A stretch of 64,000 bases of DNA, taken from assembly GCA_964016885.1 (NCBI GenBank), contig OZ024743.1, forward strand, positions 169,570,001 to 169,634,000. The letters run 5' to 3'. The DNA comes from Eledone cirrhosa. Taxonomy: Eukaryota. A program made the translations under genes and the position numbers. The notes beneath the pieces are model-generated. The model searched no databases. It saw only the letters and a program-made list of their open reading frames with translations, and had not been told where the DNA came from. How positions within the stretch are numbered: position 1 is the stretch's first letter; each line of letters starts with the position of its first letter. This document shows, piece by piece, positions 1-12,420 of the stretch.

Positions 1-1105
1 AAACTAGGAGTAGAAGAGAGGCTTGTGAGGGCTCTGCAAGCCATGTTATAGGGGTGCAGTCAGCAAAGTTAGGATTAACAAAGACTATAGAGAAGAATTT
101 AACGTGCAGGATGGCGTCCGGCAGGGTTCTTTCCTTAGCCCTCCCCTGTTTATTATCGTTCTGCAAGCTATAACAGAGGAGTTTAAGACCAGCTGCCCTT
201 GGAAACTTCTGTACACGGATGATTTTACACTCATAGCTGAATCTACGGCAGAATTAGAGTAGACATTCCAAACCTGGAAGCATAGCCTCAAAACAAAAGG
301 CCTTCAAGTCAACCTGTCAAAGATTAAGGTCCTAGAAGGGAAAACAGATCTGCGATCCCCTCAGGGAAATGGCCTTGCTCAGTGTGTAGGAAGGGAGTAT
401 GTAGAAATCTACTGTCCCAAGTAGATACACAAAAGATGTAATGGGATCTCAGGAAGTTTAGCTAAGAATGCAGGTTTTACATGTAGCAGTAAGTATCACA
501 ACAAACGAGCGTTATCAAATTCTGGGAAAGTTCGATAGAAGCGGTAAACAGCTTCTCCTACGAAGGAGACAAAATTAGCAGCGGAGGTGAGTGTTCTGAA
601 AGTACAGTAGCCAAAGTGAGGACGGGATAGAGAAAGTTAAGAGAACTACTACTATTGATAGCTACAAAAGGCTTTTCCCTCAAAATGAAAGGCAGACTGT
701 ACGGCGCATGTATACAAGCAATGTTGCATGGTAGTGAGACCTGGGTGCTGTGAAGATTGGAAAGAAATTAAGCATGCATGTTTCGATGGTTGTGTAATAT
801 TAATATACGTGAACAGCAAAGCATAAACGAACTGGGTGGGAAACTAGGCATTAGAGGAATTAGATGCAGCGTGCAGGAGAAGAGATTGTATTGGTATGGA
901 CATGCGATGCGTATGAAGGATGACAGCTGTATAAAAAGATACAGAACGCTCAAAGTTGACGGAAACCATGGAGTAGGAAGACCCAGTAAAACTTGGGATG
1001 AGGTGATAAAGGTTGACCTTGCACAATTGCACCTCTCAAAGGTGATGACAGAACACCGGGATCTCGGGCATTATGCAGTAATACAAAAGACATGTATTCC
1101 CATGA
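1..1105 (+). mobile_element. RTE-clade LINE, degraded 3' half (RT, PHD-like finger, C-terminus)
   Basis: Reads KLGVEERLVRALQAM, VRQGSFLSP, LYTDD (~210), CSVCRKGV and LHGSETW. ORF 778-1140 has RLYWYGHAMR...GRPSKTW. Stops and frameshifts present. Confidence 0.88.
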
Positions 1106-1129
1106 TTACAGGGGAAAAATATCAGTACT

Positions 1130-2065
1130 GCGATTTCTAATCTTTCTTCTAACAAGGCCACCTTTGATAGAGCAGCACCCTACAACAACACTGCGTTAGC
1201 CAACAGCTGCTACTCTGATACAATTTCTTACTCCCCTCCTAACCCCGCCACCTGTAGAAAAAGAAGTCGAAATAAAAAACTAATTTGGTTCTGTCTACCC
1301 GTCTCGTTCAGTGTTAGAACCAATGTAGGTAGGAAATGCTTAGCACTCCTAGATAAACACTTCCCCACAGGTCATAAATACCGACCTACCTTCAATAGAC
1401 ACAGGGTGAAATTCTGTGCTAAAAATATGAAAGCCCACATTACCACCAACCCCAACTGGATGCTCCCTTCAAAAACAGTGTAACACACCCGCGATAGTCT
1501 ATGAAGCTGAAATTAGATCTCAACCAAACAACAACAGGAGGTCAAAACATGTAGGTATCGCGGAGGGCCGATTAAAAGAACGCTTCCTTAACCATCAGAT
1601 GACTTTTAGACACTGGGATAAATGATCGTCCACGAAGCTGGCAAGCCACATATGGTCACTAAAAAATGCAGACATGGATTACTCCATTCAATAGAAAGTT
1701 CTGGCCAAATCTAAACCATACAGAAATAGGAATTTGTCACGTAGGCTGTACGTACATCGACGAACAAATAAATATCTTGCAGAGATTACGTAATAGTACT
1801 TGTCTAAATACAAGATCCGATTTTTTAATGGATGTCCGCACGCCTCCAAGTACTTATTACGTAACTACAAGGACCCAGACAAATTTGATCCAGAACGAAC
1901 TCAATCATTTCCCTCTCATCAGTCTAACTTGAGTTGTCCCGCTTGTTGACGGTCTTGCGCACGACCGTTTTTCAGCACAACCTCAGTCGAGTTAAAAATC
2001 CGTTGGGTGAAACGTGTTCTTGAAGATGATTTGCTAATATCTTATGGAACTAACTTTATATATGT
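1130..2065 (+). mobile_element. Penelope-like element, C-terminal linker and GIY-YIG endonuclease remnant
   Basis: Translates to SVRTNVGRKCLALLDKHFPTGHKYRPTFNRH (~1310-1400), then VYEAEI, then after a frameshift HVGIAEGPIKERFLNH..STKLASHIWSLK (~1500-1665). These are typical PLE linker and GIY-YIG motifs. Confidence 0.8.
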
Positions 2066-2160
2066 ATATATATGTTGAAATAATTTTGAAAACCATACAA
2101 TGCACTAGAAAATTAAAATTGCCAAGATAACAATAGAATCTTACCTTAGCAAATTTAATA

Positions 2161-2203
2161 ATCTCAAATATTTTCGGGTTTAAAAACCCATTATCAAGGG
2201 AGT
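2161..2203 (-). ncRNA. Minimal type I hammerhead ribozyme motif, U3-A8 core variant, in a PLE terminal repeat
   Basis: Minus strand reads ACTCCC TTGATAA T GGGTTT TT AAACCC GAAA ATAT TT GAGA. Core UUGAUAA, 6-bp stem II, GAAA, palindromic AATATT stem III. A second, 5'-truncated copy at 3892-3925 (+) has GGGA in stem I. Confidence 0.6.
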
Positions 2204-2299
2204 ATCCCTGTGAGAGACTTAAAGGATCGATTGGAGATGACTTGTTAGGAAGGTAGGTTTAAGTTAAATGTAATGAAAATACGTTAAAATTTCGAGGCC

Positions 2300-3890
2300 T
2301 CAATTCTTTAGGCTTCATCAAATATATACACCACACCTGCATAAAGAATTTCACAAGAAATTTACACCGCCAGCTCCACCTACATACACAGATAATCTCA
2401 GAACAGATGTTTTTACTTAGAATAACACCCGATAGCTTGCTCCATACTACTACAGTCGCTATCGACCAGTGCTACAATGCCCGAGTCCAATTTTAGAAAG
2501 AACGTCTCAAACATAAATTCGACTGGACCCTTAAAAAACAAACTAAAGTTAGGAATAGCGCTAAACGTGATAACAACACCCCTCCCTACCAGACCACCTC
2601 TAACATTAATGGAGTCGGTGTTCAACATGTTGAACGCCACAAACACGACAACACTAACGCCACCGACTCTATGAACACCGCCACCCTTGACCCACAGACC
2701 GATGACAACCTACAGCTCGTCACAGATCTAACCAGGTCTCTTTCCAACGATGAAATTCAACTCCTTCGTCTTGGACCCAAGTTCATCCTGACGCAGCGAC
2801 TCTATGACAGGCTCAGACTCGACATTGAGGCCAATTTCTACAGAGCCACCTACAAGATCAAATGGTTGTCTTTCATCATCACTTCAAAGACCTCCACAAC
2901 AAACTCAAAATTCCTCACTTACCATCTCAACAACCACTAACCATGATCTTGAGAAAAACTCTCACGGTTAAAACTTACTATTACTAACATCCTACAAAAT
3001 CACACACATACTCACCACAACCTCTCTAAACCACAACTCGCTACCCTAAGCATCCTCAGATCTAAGAATCTTGTATACATCTTGTTGGACAATGGAAAAG
3101 AGGCCTACAACAACCTGGCCCACCAACATCTCGATGACGACAGTCTCTATTCGAAATTACACCCGCTCTGATAGAGAACTGGATCAACACTGCCTGGACC
3201 AACATCTGCAACCGACGAAGTCTCCCAAAGAGATTCCGGTACAATTACATAACGAAAAACAGCAGGCTGCCCAACTTCTACCACCTGATCAAAACCCACA
3301 AAGAAGGACCCGACCTGAAAATTAGACTTATAGTCTCCAGTGTTAAAGGACCATCTTATTGTAAGGACCATCTGGATTGTTTCGGCCTCACCACTACTGA
3401 CATCCACCAGCTCCTATTCATCATTGTAAACAACGCCTTTTTCAACTTACTGGGTAAAACCTATCGACAGACCTCTGGACTACCTATGGGATCCAGCCTC
3501 TCGGGTTTACTGGCCATTTCGTATCTGAACAGATTAGAATGCTGAGTACTCAACTTCTGCGACACCTGTGCTTTCTTTACTAGATATGTAGATGATATAC
3601 CCACCCTCACATTCACCAAGGAGAATGCCAACAAGATTTTCGAATCTTTCAACAATGCTGACAATAACATCAAGTTCAGCATCTACCGACTCTACTTGAT
3701 TTCAGACTGAACATCTCTGATAGCGATGAAATCCACACCGATTTCTACTGCAAAGTGGCCAACAGGGACCTGTTTGTGCATTACAAATCTGCCCTCCCCA
3801 ACCAATGCAGCGACACTGCTAATAGAGCCGCTCATATCAGACGATTCCACAGGGTGCTAGAGATTAACGGCTACCCAGCTGCCTTCTCCA
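2300..3890 (+). mobile_element. Penelope-like element reverse transcriptase, degraded
   Basis: Motifs LLRLGPKF (ORF 2671-2940), LPNFYHLIKTHK, GLPMGSSLSGLLA, FTRYVDDI (~3585), DLFVHYKSALP and LEINGYP. Internal deletions and stops. Confidence 0.85.
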
Positions 3891-4047
3891 TATAATGGGT
3901 TTTTAAACCCGAAAATATTTGGGATTATTAAATTTGCTAAGATAAGATTCTATTGTTATCTTATCAATTTTAATTTTCTAGTGCATTGTATGGTTTTCCT
4001 ATTCAACGATGCTTCAAGCAAACTACAATACTCTGATATATATATAT

Positions 4048-5500
4048 CATCCTCATCATCATCATCGTTTAATGTCTATCTTCCATGCTATATATATATA
4101 TATAAAGTTAGTTCCACAACATATTAGCAAACTATCTTCAAGGACAGCCTAGCCAGTTAGCCACGTTGAACCTTGCACATAGCAGAACCTGTGTCTTGAC
4201 TGAGGTTTTACAGCTACTGGGTGCCTTTCCTAACACCAACCACCTTTACAGTGTGTGACTGGGTGGTCACACTTATGAGGCAAGTCTGGCAATGGAATGG
4301 GTGGTACCATCCTGAGAGAAATCTGGTCAGTTTGGCCATACCATACGCTACTCATAGTGGGACTGTGTTTTAGCTGGGATTTTATTACTGCTGGATGCCC
4401 TTCCTAAGCTAAAGCCACGTTTACAGTGTAAGCTGACTGGTTGTTGACTCTGGTCTTCTGTTGCATGTTGTAGTGCCAGAGGTCTCAGTCTTGTGTCATC
4501 TCCATTGAGAGGTTCAGCTGTGCCAGTTCAACCTTTATCCTTTCATCCCATGCCTTCCTAGGTCTCCCTCTTCCAAGGCACCTTAAAACTTTGAATGCCC
4601 TGCACCTGTTTATGCAGCTGTCATCCTTCATGCACATCACATGTGCATACCATTGCAGTCTTCTCCCCTTCAATTCATTTACATTTCGCTGTTCATGCAC
4701 ACTATAGTTACATATCGATCGGAGCATGCAGGCTTCATTTCTTTCTAATATCCGTAGATCCTCAGTGCACAGTGCCCAGGTTTCGCTTCCATGTAGCATT
4801 GCTGTTCACATACAAGCATCATACAGCTTGCCTTTTATCTTGAGAAACCTTTTGTAGCTAACAATGTCAGCAGCTCCTTGTATACTCTGTGAAGTGCAGC
4901 TCCCCAAACTTTGTTCATCTCATTGTTACTCTGGCAACTGTACTTTCTGTGCATTCACCTGCACTGCTAATTTTGTTACCCAAGTAGAAGAAACTATCGA
5001 CTATTTCTAAGGGGTCCTCTGTGCATTTAACAGAGCTTGTTTCCTGAAGGTTTTTGCTTACTTCCCCTGGGCAATGTGAAATCTATGTTCTTTGCTAGTC
5101 TGCTTGATTTCCCACTGCACCTCTTATGTACCCATAATTTACATTTGGGACACAGGATTGTGTTTCTACCTACTCCTTTCCTGCACACAGAACAAGGCCA
5201 TTTCCTTGAGGTGATGAGAGCCCTGTTTTGTTTTGCTGCTCACTAAGATTTTCGTCTTTGCTCAGTTGACTTACACCATTCTGTATTACTTGGTTCATGA
5301 CATGGGTAGTTAGGGTGTGCCCTACCATCCCAAATGCTTTCAAAATCTCAGCTACTATTCCCGATGGTCTGGCTGCTTCTCTTGTCTTAATTTTCTTAAT
5401 TGCCTTGCTTACTATACTGCTGCTTCTGTTGGGTATGCTTGGGGCAGGCTGTTTTTCCCCCATGCATTTTCCTCATTCATCAGCCTCCCATAATAGCATT
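4048..5500 (-). mobile_element. RTE LINE fragment with 3' UTR and (GAT)n tail
   Basis: ORF 4485-4799 has MLHGSETWAL..RLQWYAHV..GRGRPRKAW; ORF 5170-5463 has AARPSGIVAEILK. Tail CATCATCATCGTTTAATGTC..TTCCATGCT at ~4050-4090. Confidence 0.85.
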
Positions 5501-5511
5501 TCCATGCAGCT

Positions 5512-5665
5512 TATATATTCATTATATATACGTATTATATATATATGTTATATATGTATTATATATATATACTATATACATGTATTATATATATGTATTA
5601 TATATATATATGTATATTATATATGTACATCATAGATATATATATATTATATATGTATATATTAT
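5512..5665. repeat. Degenerate (TA)n microsatellite
   Basis: Continuous TA/TAT-rich tract. Confidence 0.9.
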
Positions 5666-5673
5666 CTACGACA

Positions 5674-5960
5674 TATCATCATCAAGATCATCATCACCGT
5701 TTAACATTCATTTTTCCATGCTGGCATGGATTAGACGAGTTATCCCATTCTTGCTTATCCAGAACTGATTTTGTTGGACTGGGCACTTTTTGCCGTGTCA
5801 CCAACACAACCACTTTATGGTGGCAGCTGATGTGGGGAGGTGCAAGGGGATTGGAGTGGTAAATCTCGGGTGGGGCACTTATCTGGTGAAAAGTGGGATG
5901 TAGGGACATGGGTCATGGGTAGAGTGTTAGAACGTGGGAGGTGTATGAAAGGGGGAAGCA
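5674..5960 (-). mobile_element. RTE 3' UTR/tail fragment
   Basis: CATCATCACCGTTTAACATTCATTTTTCCATGCTGGCATGG matches the reverse complement of the RTE 3' end at ~20410-20450. Confidence 0.7.
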
Positions 5961-6304
5961 AAGGTGTATATTTTGTTTCAATAAACCAAATATGGTGTAA
6001 TCAAACATAAGCACTGCACATAATGGGTACCATAATGTATTATGTATATGATATAAGATGCAGTATCAATATTAAAAAAGAAGACAGATTGTTTCACATA
6101 TTCAACTTCAGTTTCTTGTCCTTACATCCCACATGTTATGCACATTTCAAAGGCATTAAAATGTCATTATGTTATAGTTATCTAATGCATTATCGGCAGA
6201 CAGGTGTTGAAAAAGTAAACAATGCTTTGTTTTTGTTTGGGGTTTTTTATATGCCTACCATCAAAGGAATGTTATCAACAAAGGTAGTAGCTCTCTAAAC
6301 CTTT

Positions 6305-7280
6305 TTCATCCTGTTCTTATTGTAGCTACTATGCTCTCAGAGCAACTTCCTCCACAGTAATTAGATCACCTAGTTTGCAGAAGCTATCAACCACTTTCAT
6401 GGATCTTTCCTGGTATTAGACTTTATTTAATTGATGTTCTTGCTATCAACTGCTACATGCAAATCTAGCTGTACATCTACTGCATACTAAGTCTTCCTTT
6501 CCTGTTAGCCTGTATGCCCAAAATTTAGATTGTGTATATCATATAGAGTTTCTGCCCACTCCATTTTTACATATCGAGTAACGCCACTTCCCCGGTGCAA
6601 TCAGGTTCCTGTTTTCTTTCCTACTTACTAAAACTTTGGTATTTGCCAAATTTATCTTGAATTCTTCACTAAACTCATATCTTACTCTTACTTTATTGAC
6701 AGCTGTTCGTAACTTGCACTGCTCTCACAAGCCATTCATATACCTTCAATTTCTTTAAGGACCACCAGATGACAAATTGTGGAACTCTGTCAAATGGCTT
6801 CTCTAGATATAGAGGCTTACTCTTAGCTAGGAACTTCTCTAGTAGTTGTCTTACTAAAAAGAGGGTATCTGCAGTACTCCTTACTGGAACAAAACAAAAC
6901 CGCATTTCATTTAATTGAACTCTTTCTCTAATTAGTTGTGCTAGAACTCTTTCTGTCACTTTCATAGCTTGATTCATTATTTTTATGCTTCTGTAGTTGC
7001 TCCTTTCCAAAGCATCGCTTTTCCCTTGTAGCAATTAATAAGTATACTGCTGGGCCAGTCATTGGGTATGATCCCATCCTGTATTACCTGATTGACTATA
7101 TGGGTAGCTAGTTTGGCTCTTACTTTTTGAGAAGCTTTCAGCATCTCAGTGACTATCTCTTATAGTCCAGCAGCTTTACCATTTTTCATCTTTTCAATTG
7201 CCACTTTGGCCTTATAACTGTCAATTTCGATAGCTAGTTCCTCTACTCTACAACATTGATTTCTCTTTCTCTCATTTGTT
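6305..7280 (-). mobile_element. RTE LINE RT fragment
   Basis: ORF 6693-7034 reads KSDALERSNYRSIK..FVPVRSTAD..LEKPFDRVP. PHD-like remnant near 6440-6600. Confidence 0.85.
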
Positions 7281-7693
7281 ATACGAAAAAAGTGTGTAAG
7301 TGTGTATCTATGTGTGTGTACATAGACATACATACTACAATGATTCTGTGACAAAACAAAATACATGAATAATATTCATTCATAAAAAATATATAAAACC
7401 TCTAATTATGAAAACTATTTAGGTTTCAGTGTATAAAAGTTTACACTCCGAAGGCCTTTGCAAATGAAGTTCAGTTTTCAATTAAACTATTACAGTAATT
7501 AATGTTAAACTAATTATCTAGTGTATGTGGTATATGTAAACTAATTATCTGGTTTCTATTGTATTTGTAACAAAATCTCTGCTATAAAGCTTTCTGCTTC
7601 AATTTCAATGATATTACATCAGAAAGACCATATGTCAATTAAATATTTTAAGATTCATTATTATTTTCAGTGTTGTGTAATTACAATGTGTGA

Positions 7694-8005
7694 AGAAGGC
7701 ATGTAGCTCTGTGACTAGAAGTACTTGACTCATGATCATAATGTCGTGAGTTTGATTCGCATTGTGACCTTGAGCAAGACATTTTATTTCATGTTGCTCC
7801 AGTCCACTTGGCTGACAAAAATGAGTTGTACCTGTAATTCGAAAGGCCAGCCTTGTCATATTCTGTGTTATGCTGAATCTCCCTTGAACTACGTTAAGGG
7901 TATGTGTGTCTGTGGAATGCTCAGTCACTTGCATGTTAATTTCATGAGCAGGTTCTACTGATAATCATATCAACTGTAACACTCAACAGTGTAACCAGCG
8001 GAATG
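7694..8005 (+). mobile_element. tRNA-derived SINE with CORE-like central domain
   Basis: Degenerate A and B boxes (TAGCTCTGTGA; GTTTGATTC), then TGACCTTGAGCAAGACATTT...CCACTTGGCTG..AAAATGAGT, which resembles the CORE domain. Confidence 0.6.
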
Positions 8006-8155
8006 CCAATAGTAGTTACAATGTTTACTTTGTAACCAAGTATTTCCAGGATTAATACCATTGTTCACAACACCTTTGACAGATATCTTGTGAGATAAAG
8101 AAATGTTTGAAACCCTTCATGTGTATAACTAATAATCCTCAATGGTTTTCAAAAT

Positions 8156-8612
8156 TCTTCTTGTTTTTCTTCTCCTCCTTCTTCTTTTCCTCCTCATCCT
8201 CTTCTTCTTCTTCTTCTTCTTCTTCTTCTTCTTCTTCTTCTTCTTCTTCTTCTTTGCCCACTTATTCCTGAGAGGGTCGTTGGGGCAGAGTCCGCAAACA
8301 CTCCCTACAGAGGGTCCTATCAGAAGCAACAGTCTCTATCTGATTTGGCTGGATCCCCAAGCAAGACCAGCCAAGCTCATGGATGTTATCCAACCATCTT
8401 ACTCGGAGTATACGCCCTGGTCTCCTGCTGGTTGGTTTTGCCCATAAAATTTGTCCTGCGATTCTTTCCTGAGACATTCTAACCACATGCCTATAGTATC
8501 AGAGCTGTGATCTCTCAATTTGGAGAAGTAGTGGCTCTACCTAGAGCAATTCTCTGATCTCCAAACCATGCACTCTATTGAGTAATGTTACTCCAACAAC
8601 CCCTCGAAGGAA
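8156..8612 (-). mobile_element. RTE-type LINE 3' fragment with long (GAA)n tail
   Basis: ORF 8262-8486 reads VRMSQERIAGQILWAKP..RRPGR..RWLD..DRTLCR. It is followed on its sense strand by (GAA)n at 8156-8252. Confidence 0.75.
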
Positions 8613-8659
8613 CATTCAATGCCAAAAAAAAATTGTATTGACATGTGGTGTTCATATGC

Positions 8660-8885
8660 ATTGAATTGGCAGAATTGTTAGTGTTAGACAAAATGCTTTG
8701 TGATATTTGCTCCAACTTTTTACATTTTGAGTCAAATGCTTCCAGGGTCAACTTAGCTTTCCGTTGTTCTCAGAACAATGAAATAAAGTACTAGTCCAGC
8801 CCAGTAGATTGGTAGAATTATTGAGGTGGTGGACAAAAATGCTTTGTGGTATCTATTGCAGCTCTTTACATTCTGAGTTTGAATA
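8660..8885 (+). mobile_element. Two degraded tRNA-SINE copies of the abundant ATT-tailed family
   Basis: TTGGCAGAATTGTTAG..AAAATGCTTTG..TTCTGAGTT; similar to 10461-10646. Confidence 0.6.
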
Positions 8886-8894
8886 GATAAAATA

Positions 8895-9200
8895 TATGAG
8901 GTGATATAAAAAAGTTTGCGGACAAGTTAGTTTCATAAAAACGAATATATTTACCTAACTTTTAACATCATCTCCTTCGAAATAGTTACCTTGCACAGCA
9001 ATACACTGGTCCCATGGTTCTTACTACTTTTGAAATCCAGCCTGGAAGTCGTTTTCCGTGAGTTGAAGACCTTCTGAAATTTGCTCTAGATCTCGGCAAC
9101 AGTGTTAAAATGACAACTGTTGAGCTGCATTTTCAGCTTCGAGAAGAGATGGAAGTCCACAGGTGCTAAATCTGGAGAAATAGGTGGGTGTAGAACTGAT
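8895..9200 (-). mobile_element. Tc1/mariner transposase 3' fragment
   Basis: Minus strand encodes P(Y/I)SPDLAPVDFHLFSKLK (mariner YSPDLAPxD motif) and a terminal GNYFEGD. Confidence 0.8.
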
Positions 9201-9649
9201 GCAATATTGTTTTTTTCTTTCGCAGATATTTTGGAATTAAATAAATATATACATATACAGAAAACAAAACAGAAAGCAAGCCTCTGTATCAGTCATGGGC
9301 AAACTGCAACTCATTTGGCTTTCTGAATGGCACGTCTTATTTCAAAATTGCCTTGAATTTTTTAGTAATGTGGCCCACCCATATGCTATGCAGTGTGCCT
9401 TATGATGAACCATATCCTATGTGGCCCACTACTCAGAAAAGGTTGCCTGTGCTTGCTCTATATGCTTGTTTAATTAGCTAGAAATAGCAGCCAAATATCA
9501 CCCAAATCACAACATATCTTAAATAAGGAAAAGGACACAAGATAATCTAGTCTCCTACATACTCTGATAAAAACAGGTGAGATGGTTATAGCTGGATTTT
9601 CTTGTATTATAAATCACCCCTAGTTTAGTTGGAGCCAAATATGAGTATA

Positions 9650-10070
9650 AAACATGTGACAAGGTCAGTAATTTTGAGGAGAAAAAGAAAGTTGATTATA
9701 CTGACTCCAATACTTGACTGGTACTATATTTTATCAACCGTGGAAGGATGAAAGGCAATGTTGACTTTGACAGGATTTGAACTCAAAATAGAAAGCCAGA
9801 ACAAATACCACATGGCATTTTGTCCAATACTTTACCAATCTGCTAATCTACCACCTTAACAATAATAATTCTTTCTAACATAGGCACAAGACAAGCAATT
9901 TGGAAGAAGAGGTAAGTCAATTATATCGACACAAGTATTTAACTGGTACTATATGTTATGAAAGGGAAAGTTGACCTCAGCAGGATTTGAATTCAGAATG
10001 TAAAAAAGAACGATAACTAAATTCAAGGCATTTTGTCCAATGTAGTGATTTTGATAATCTACTGCCGTAA
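9650..10070 (-). mobile_element. Two older tRNA-SINE copies
   Basis: GGAAGGATGAAAGGCAA..GTTGAC..GGATTTGAACTCA is the reverse complement of the SINE B box and central domain; it occurs twice. Confidence 0.75.
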
Positions 10071-10109
10071 TTATTATTATTATTAGGGTTATTATTATTA
10101 TTATTAGAG

Positions 10110-10650
10110 TTACGGCCCTTGCCATTCTGAGTTCAAATCCCGTCGAGGTTAACTTTGCCTTTCATACTTACGGGGTCGATAAAATAAAGTACCAGTAATG
10201 CACTGGGTAATTGCTGGCCTTGTGCCAAAAGTAGAAACAATTATTATTAGGGTTGTGGATTAGTAGTATAGGTAGAGCGTCAGACACCATGCTTTGCAAC
10301 ATAGAGTTAGCTGCGGTTAGCTTTGTCTTTCATCCTTATGGGGTCGATAAAATAAAGTACCAGTAACGCATTAGGGTCGATTTAATTGACTTTCGCTTTT
10401 CCCAAAATTTGTTGGTCTTATGCCTAAATCAGAAACCATTATTATCATTATTATCATTAAGGGCAGTGGATTGGCAGTATCGGTAGAGGGTCGGACACCA
10501 TGCTTTCCAGCATAGTTACGTCCCTTTACGATCTGAGTTCAAATCCCGCCGAGGTTGACTTTGCCTTTCATCCTTACGGGGTCGATAAAATAAAGTACCA
10601 GTAATGCACTGGGTAATTGCTGGCCTTGTGCCTAAAGTAGAAACAATTAT
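10110..10650 (+). mobile_element. Cluster of three tRNA-derived SINEs in (ATT)n
   Basis: A box TGGCAGTATCGG, B box GAGTTCAAATCCC, central GACTTTGCCTTTCATCCTTACGGGGTCGATAAAATAAAGTACC, 3' CCTTGTGCCTAAAGTAGAAAC followed by (ATT)n. Most complete copy is 10461-10646. Confidence 0.88.
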
Positions 10651-10671
10651 TATCATTATTATCATTATTAT

Positions 10672-11497
10672 TTTGCACATTATCACTGCATTACTGAGCA
10701 CAGCTCTATGTGTCTTGGATAAGTGCCGTGTTGTTTCTATTGTATTGAGAATACTCTTCGTAATATGTGTGCAGTTCCTAGTAGTGCTATTTTTTGTTTA
10801 CTGTATATATTTGTAAGTCCTGGGTTTTGGGTTATCTATCTGTCTGTATTTGTTTTTATCATTCCCAGAGCACCTATTATTATATGTATTATCTCTGTAT
10901 TCATTAACCACATTTGGGTTATTTCTATCTCTCGATCTTTATATTTGGATAGTTTCTCCATTTCCTTGGTAGATATATTGTCATCTGGGGATTGATACAT
11001 CAATTAGATTAGAAGACATTTTTTTCTGTGGTCTTTGGCTATAATATCTGGTCAGTTGGCTTTGATCTCACACTCCGTATGTATTGGCATATCCCAGAGA
11101 GTGGTTGCTTTGTCATACTCTGACACTTTTTCTGGTGTGCTTGTACCATCTTTTTTCTGTTGGTATTTCTTAATGCTGGTATAATTTCCAGTGTATGAAG
11201 ATCCCAACTCTATCATGTCTGTGGATATATTCCTTTTTGGCTAAGACTGGGCAGCCAGAGATAATATGACTAATTGTTTTTTCCCTACTTCCACATATTC
11301 TGCAGTTACTTACTATATTCTGCTTCATTATGTACTTCAGCTGATTTCTGGTGGCGAGGCTTTGGTCTTGTGCTACTACTAGATATCATTCCATCTCAGC
11401 TTTTAGTCCTGTGCTTCATAGCCAGTTTTGTGTATTTTGCTTATCTACTTCCTCTCTATTCAGCTTTTCCAGGTATTGGCCATGCAAGTGTTTTTCT
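10672..11497 (-). mobile_element. R4/Dong-like RLE LINE 3' fragment (third family)
   Basis: Minus strand reads HGQYLEKL..NWL, ISGCPVLAKKEYIHRHDRV, PDII and QKIALLGTAHILRRVFSI. It ends in a TAA-like tail. Confidence 0.82.
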
Positions 11498-12420
11498 TGT
11501 CTCTTCTTGACCCAGGACTGCAGCTCAGTAAAAGAGACTAGATGCGGAAAGGCCCGTCTGACAAATGGCGACCACATCTGTTCACCGTTTAGGCTGAATA
11601 TCTGGAGATGCTGCAACCTCAGCGCATGTTTGCACATCATTAGCTACAATATGCCCAACCCTCTGCATAGAGGGTGCAGACAGCAGATGAACCACCTCAC
11701 CAACGGAACCTGTCCCCTCCACAAGCAGTTGAAGAGGAACCGTTCCAATTTGGTGAGGCACGAATGGGGGAAAGGCATAATGATCAAGAGGTAGAAGATA
11801 ACAGATGCAATGTACATATTCGCCATCTCTGCCTGACCTTTCAGTGACAGCTTCCTCAGCCTATTTCTGGATGAGAGTGGCAACTTTGATCGTGACCTCA
11901 TTCCAATTCTTATCCACCTGGAGGTCTGGTCCGAACCAAACCCAGAGCAACTTTCCTGGTCTGTTCGTCCAGCACCTGTAGACACTGTTGGATGGTATGG
12001 ACTTGCCTCTTCAGGTGCCGAGCTGCAAGCGCACCAACTTTTCCAGATTAAGTTTTGCTCCCGTCAACCTTTCATATTCCTCCAATAAGGTGCCGACCAC
12101 CTCGATTTCCGAGGTGTCCGACACCATCATGGTGATGTCGCCGCATAAGCCGACACAGCCTTCCCACATCCCGGTTCAAGTCGGATGCCCTGTAACAGCT
12201 TCCATAGTAAAAGCTTGAGTGTCAACACAAACAGAAGGGCAGAGAAAGGACATTCTTGACAGACAGATTGCGTGATCTGAAATGGTTCCAAAAGGTGGCC
12301 ATTAAATTTGACCAATGAACAGATGCCATTGTGTAGCGATCCAGCTTCTGAAGATGGGACCGAAGCCAGCTGCCTTGAGGTCAACCTCCAGGAATAGATG
12401 GTCAACCCTATTGAAAGCTT

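Larger units (their letters stand above)
2074..4007. repeat. ~120-bp inverted repeats (2074-2193 and 3892-4007) flanking a Penelope RT
   Basis: AAAACCATACAATGCACTAGAAAATTAAAATTG...TTTTCGGGTTTAAAAACCCATTAT at left is the near-perfect reverse complement of 3892-4007. Confidence 0.9.

Noticed and set aside
1942-1972. Hammerhead at TTGTTGA-CGGTC..GACCG hairpin
   Set aside because: The hairpin is real, but the core is mismatched and GTTT follows instead of GAAA. At most a decayed remnant.
5297-5862. ORFs rich in Y/I
   Set aside because: They are translations of the (TA)n microsatellite and antisense RTE, not genes.
5960-7690. Host exons in the unique AT-rich gaps (also 25820-26620)
   Set aside because: No recognisable protein motif or convincing splice-bounded frame. 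Small exons cannot be excluded without RNA-seq.
8129-8447. Poly-K/R and poly-F ORFs
   Set aside because: They derive from the (GAA/TTC)n tail of a LINE fragment.
9340-9650. Possible hAT end (AAAAGGTTGCC..) and a further SINE-domain remnant
   Set aside because: Too short and degenerate, with no partner TIR or TSD to support a call.
10082-10256. TTAGGG hexamers as a telomeric repeat
   Set aside because: Only isolated single units at (TTA)n/SINE junctions; there is no array.
10461-10550. tRNA gene
   Set aside because: A and B boxes are present, but there is no cloverleaf and the SINE body and tail follow; it is a SINE head.
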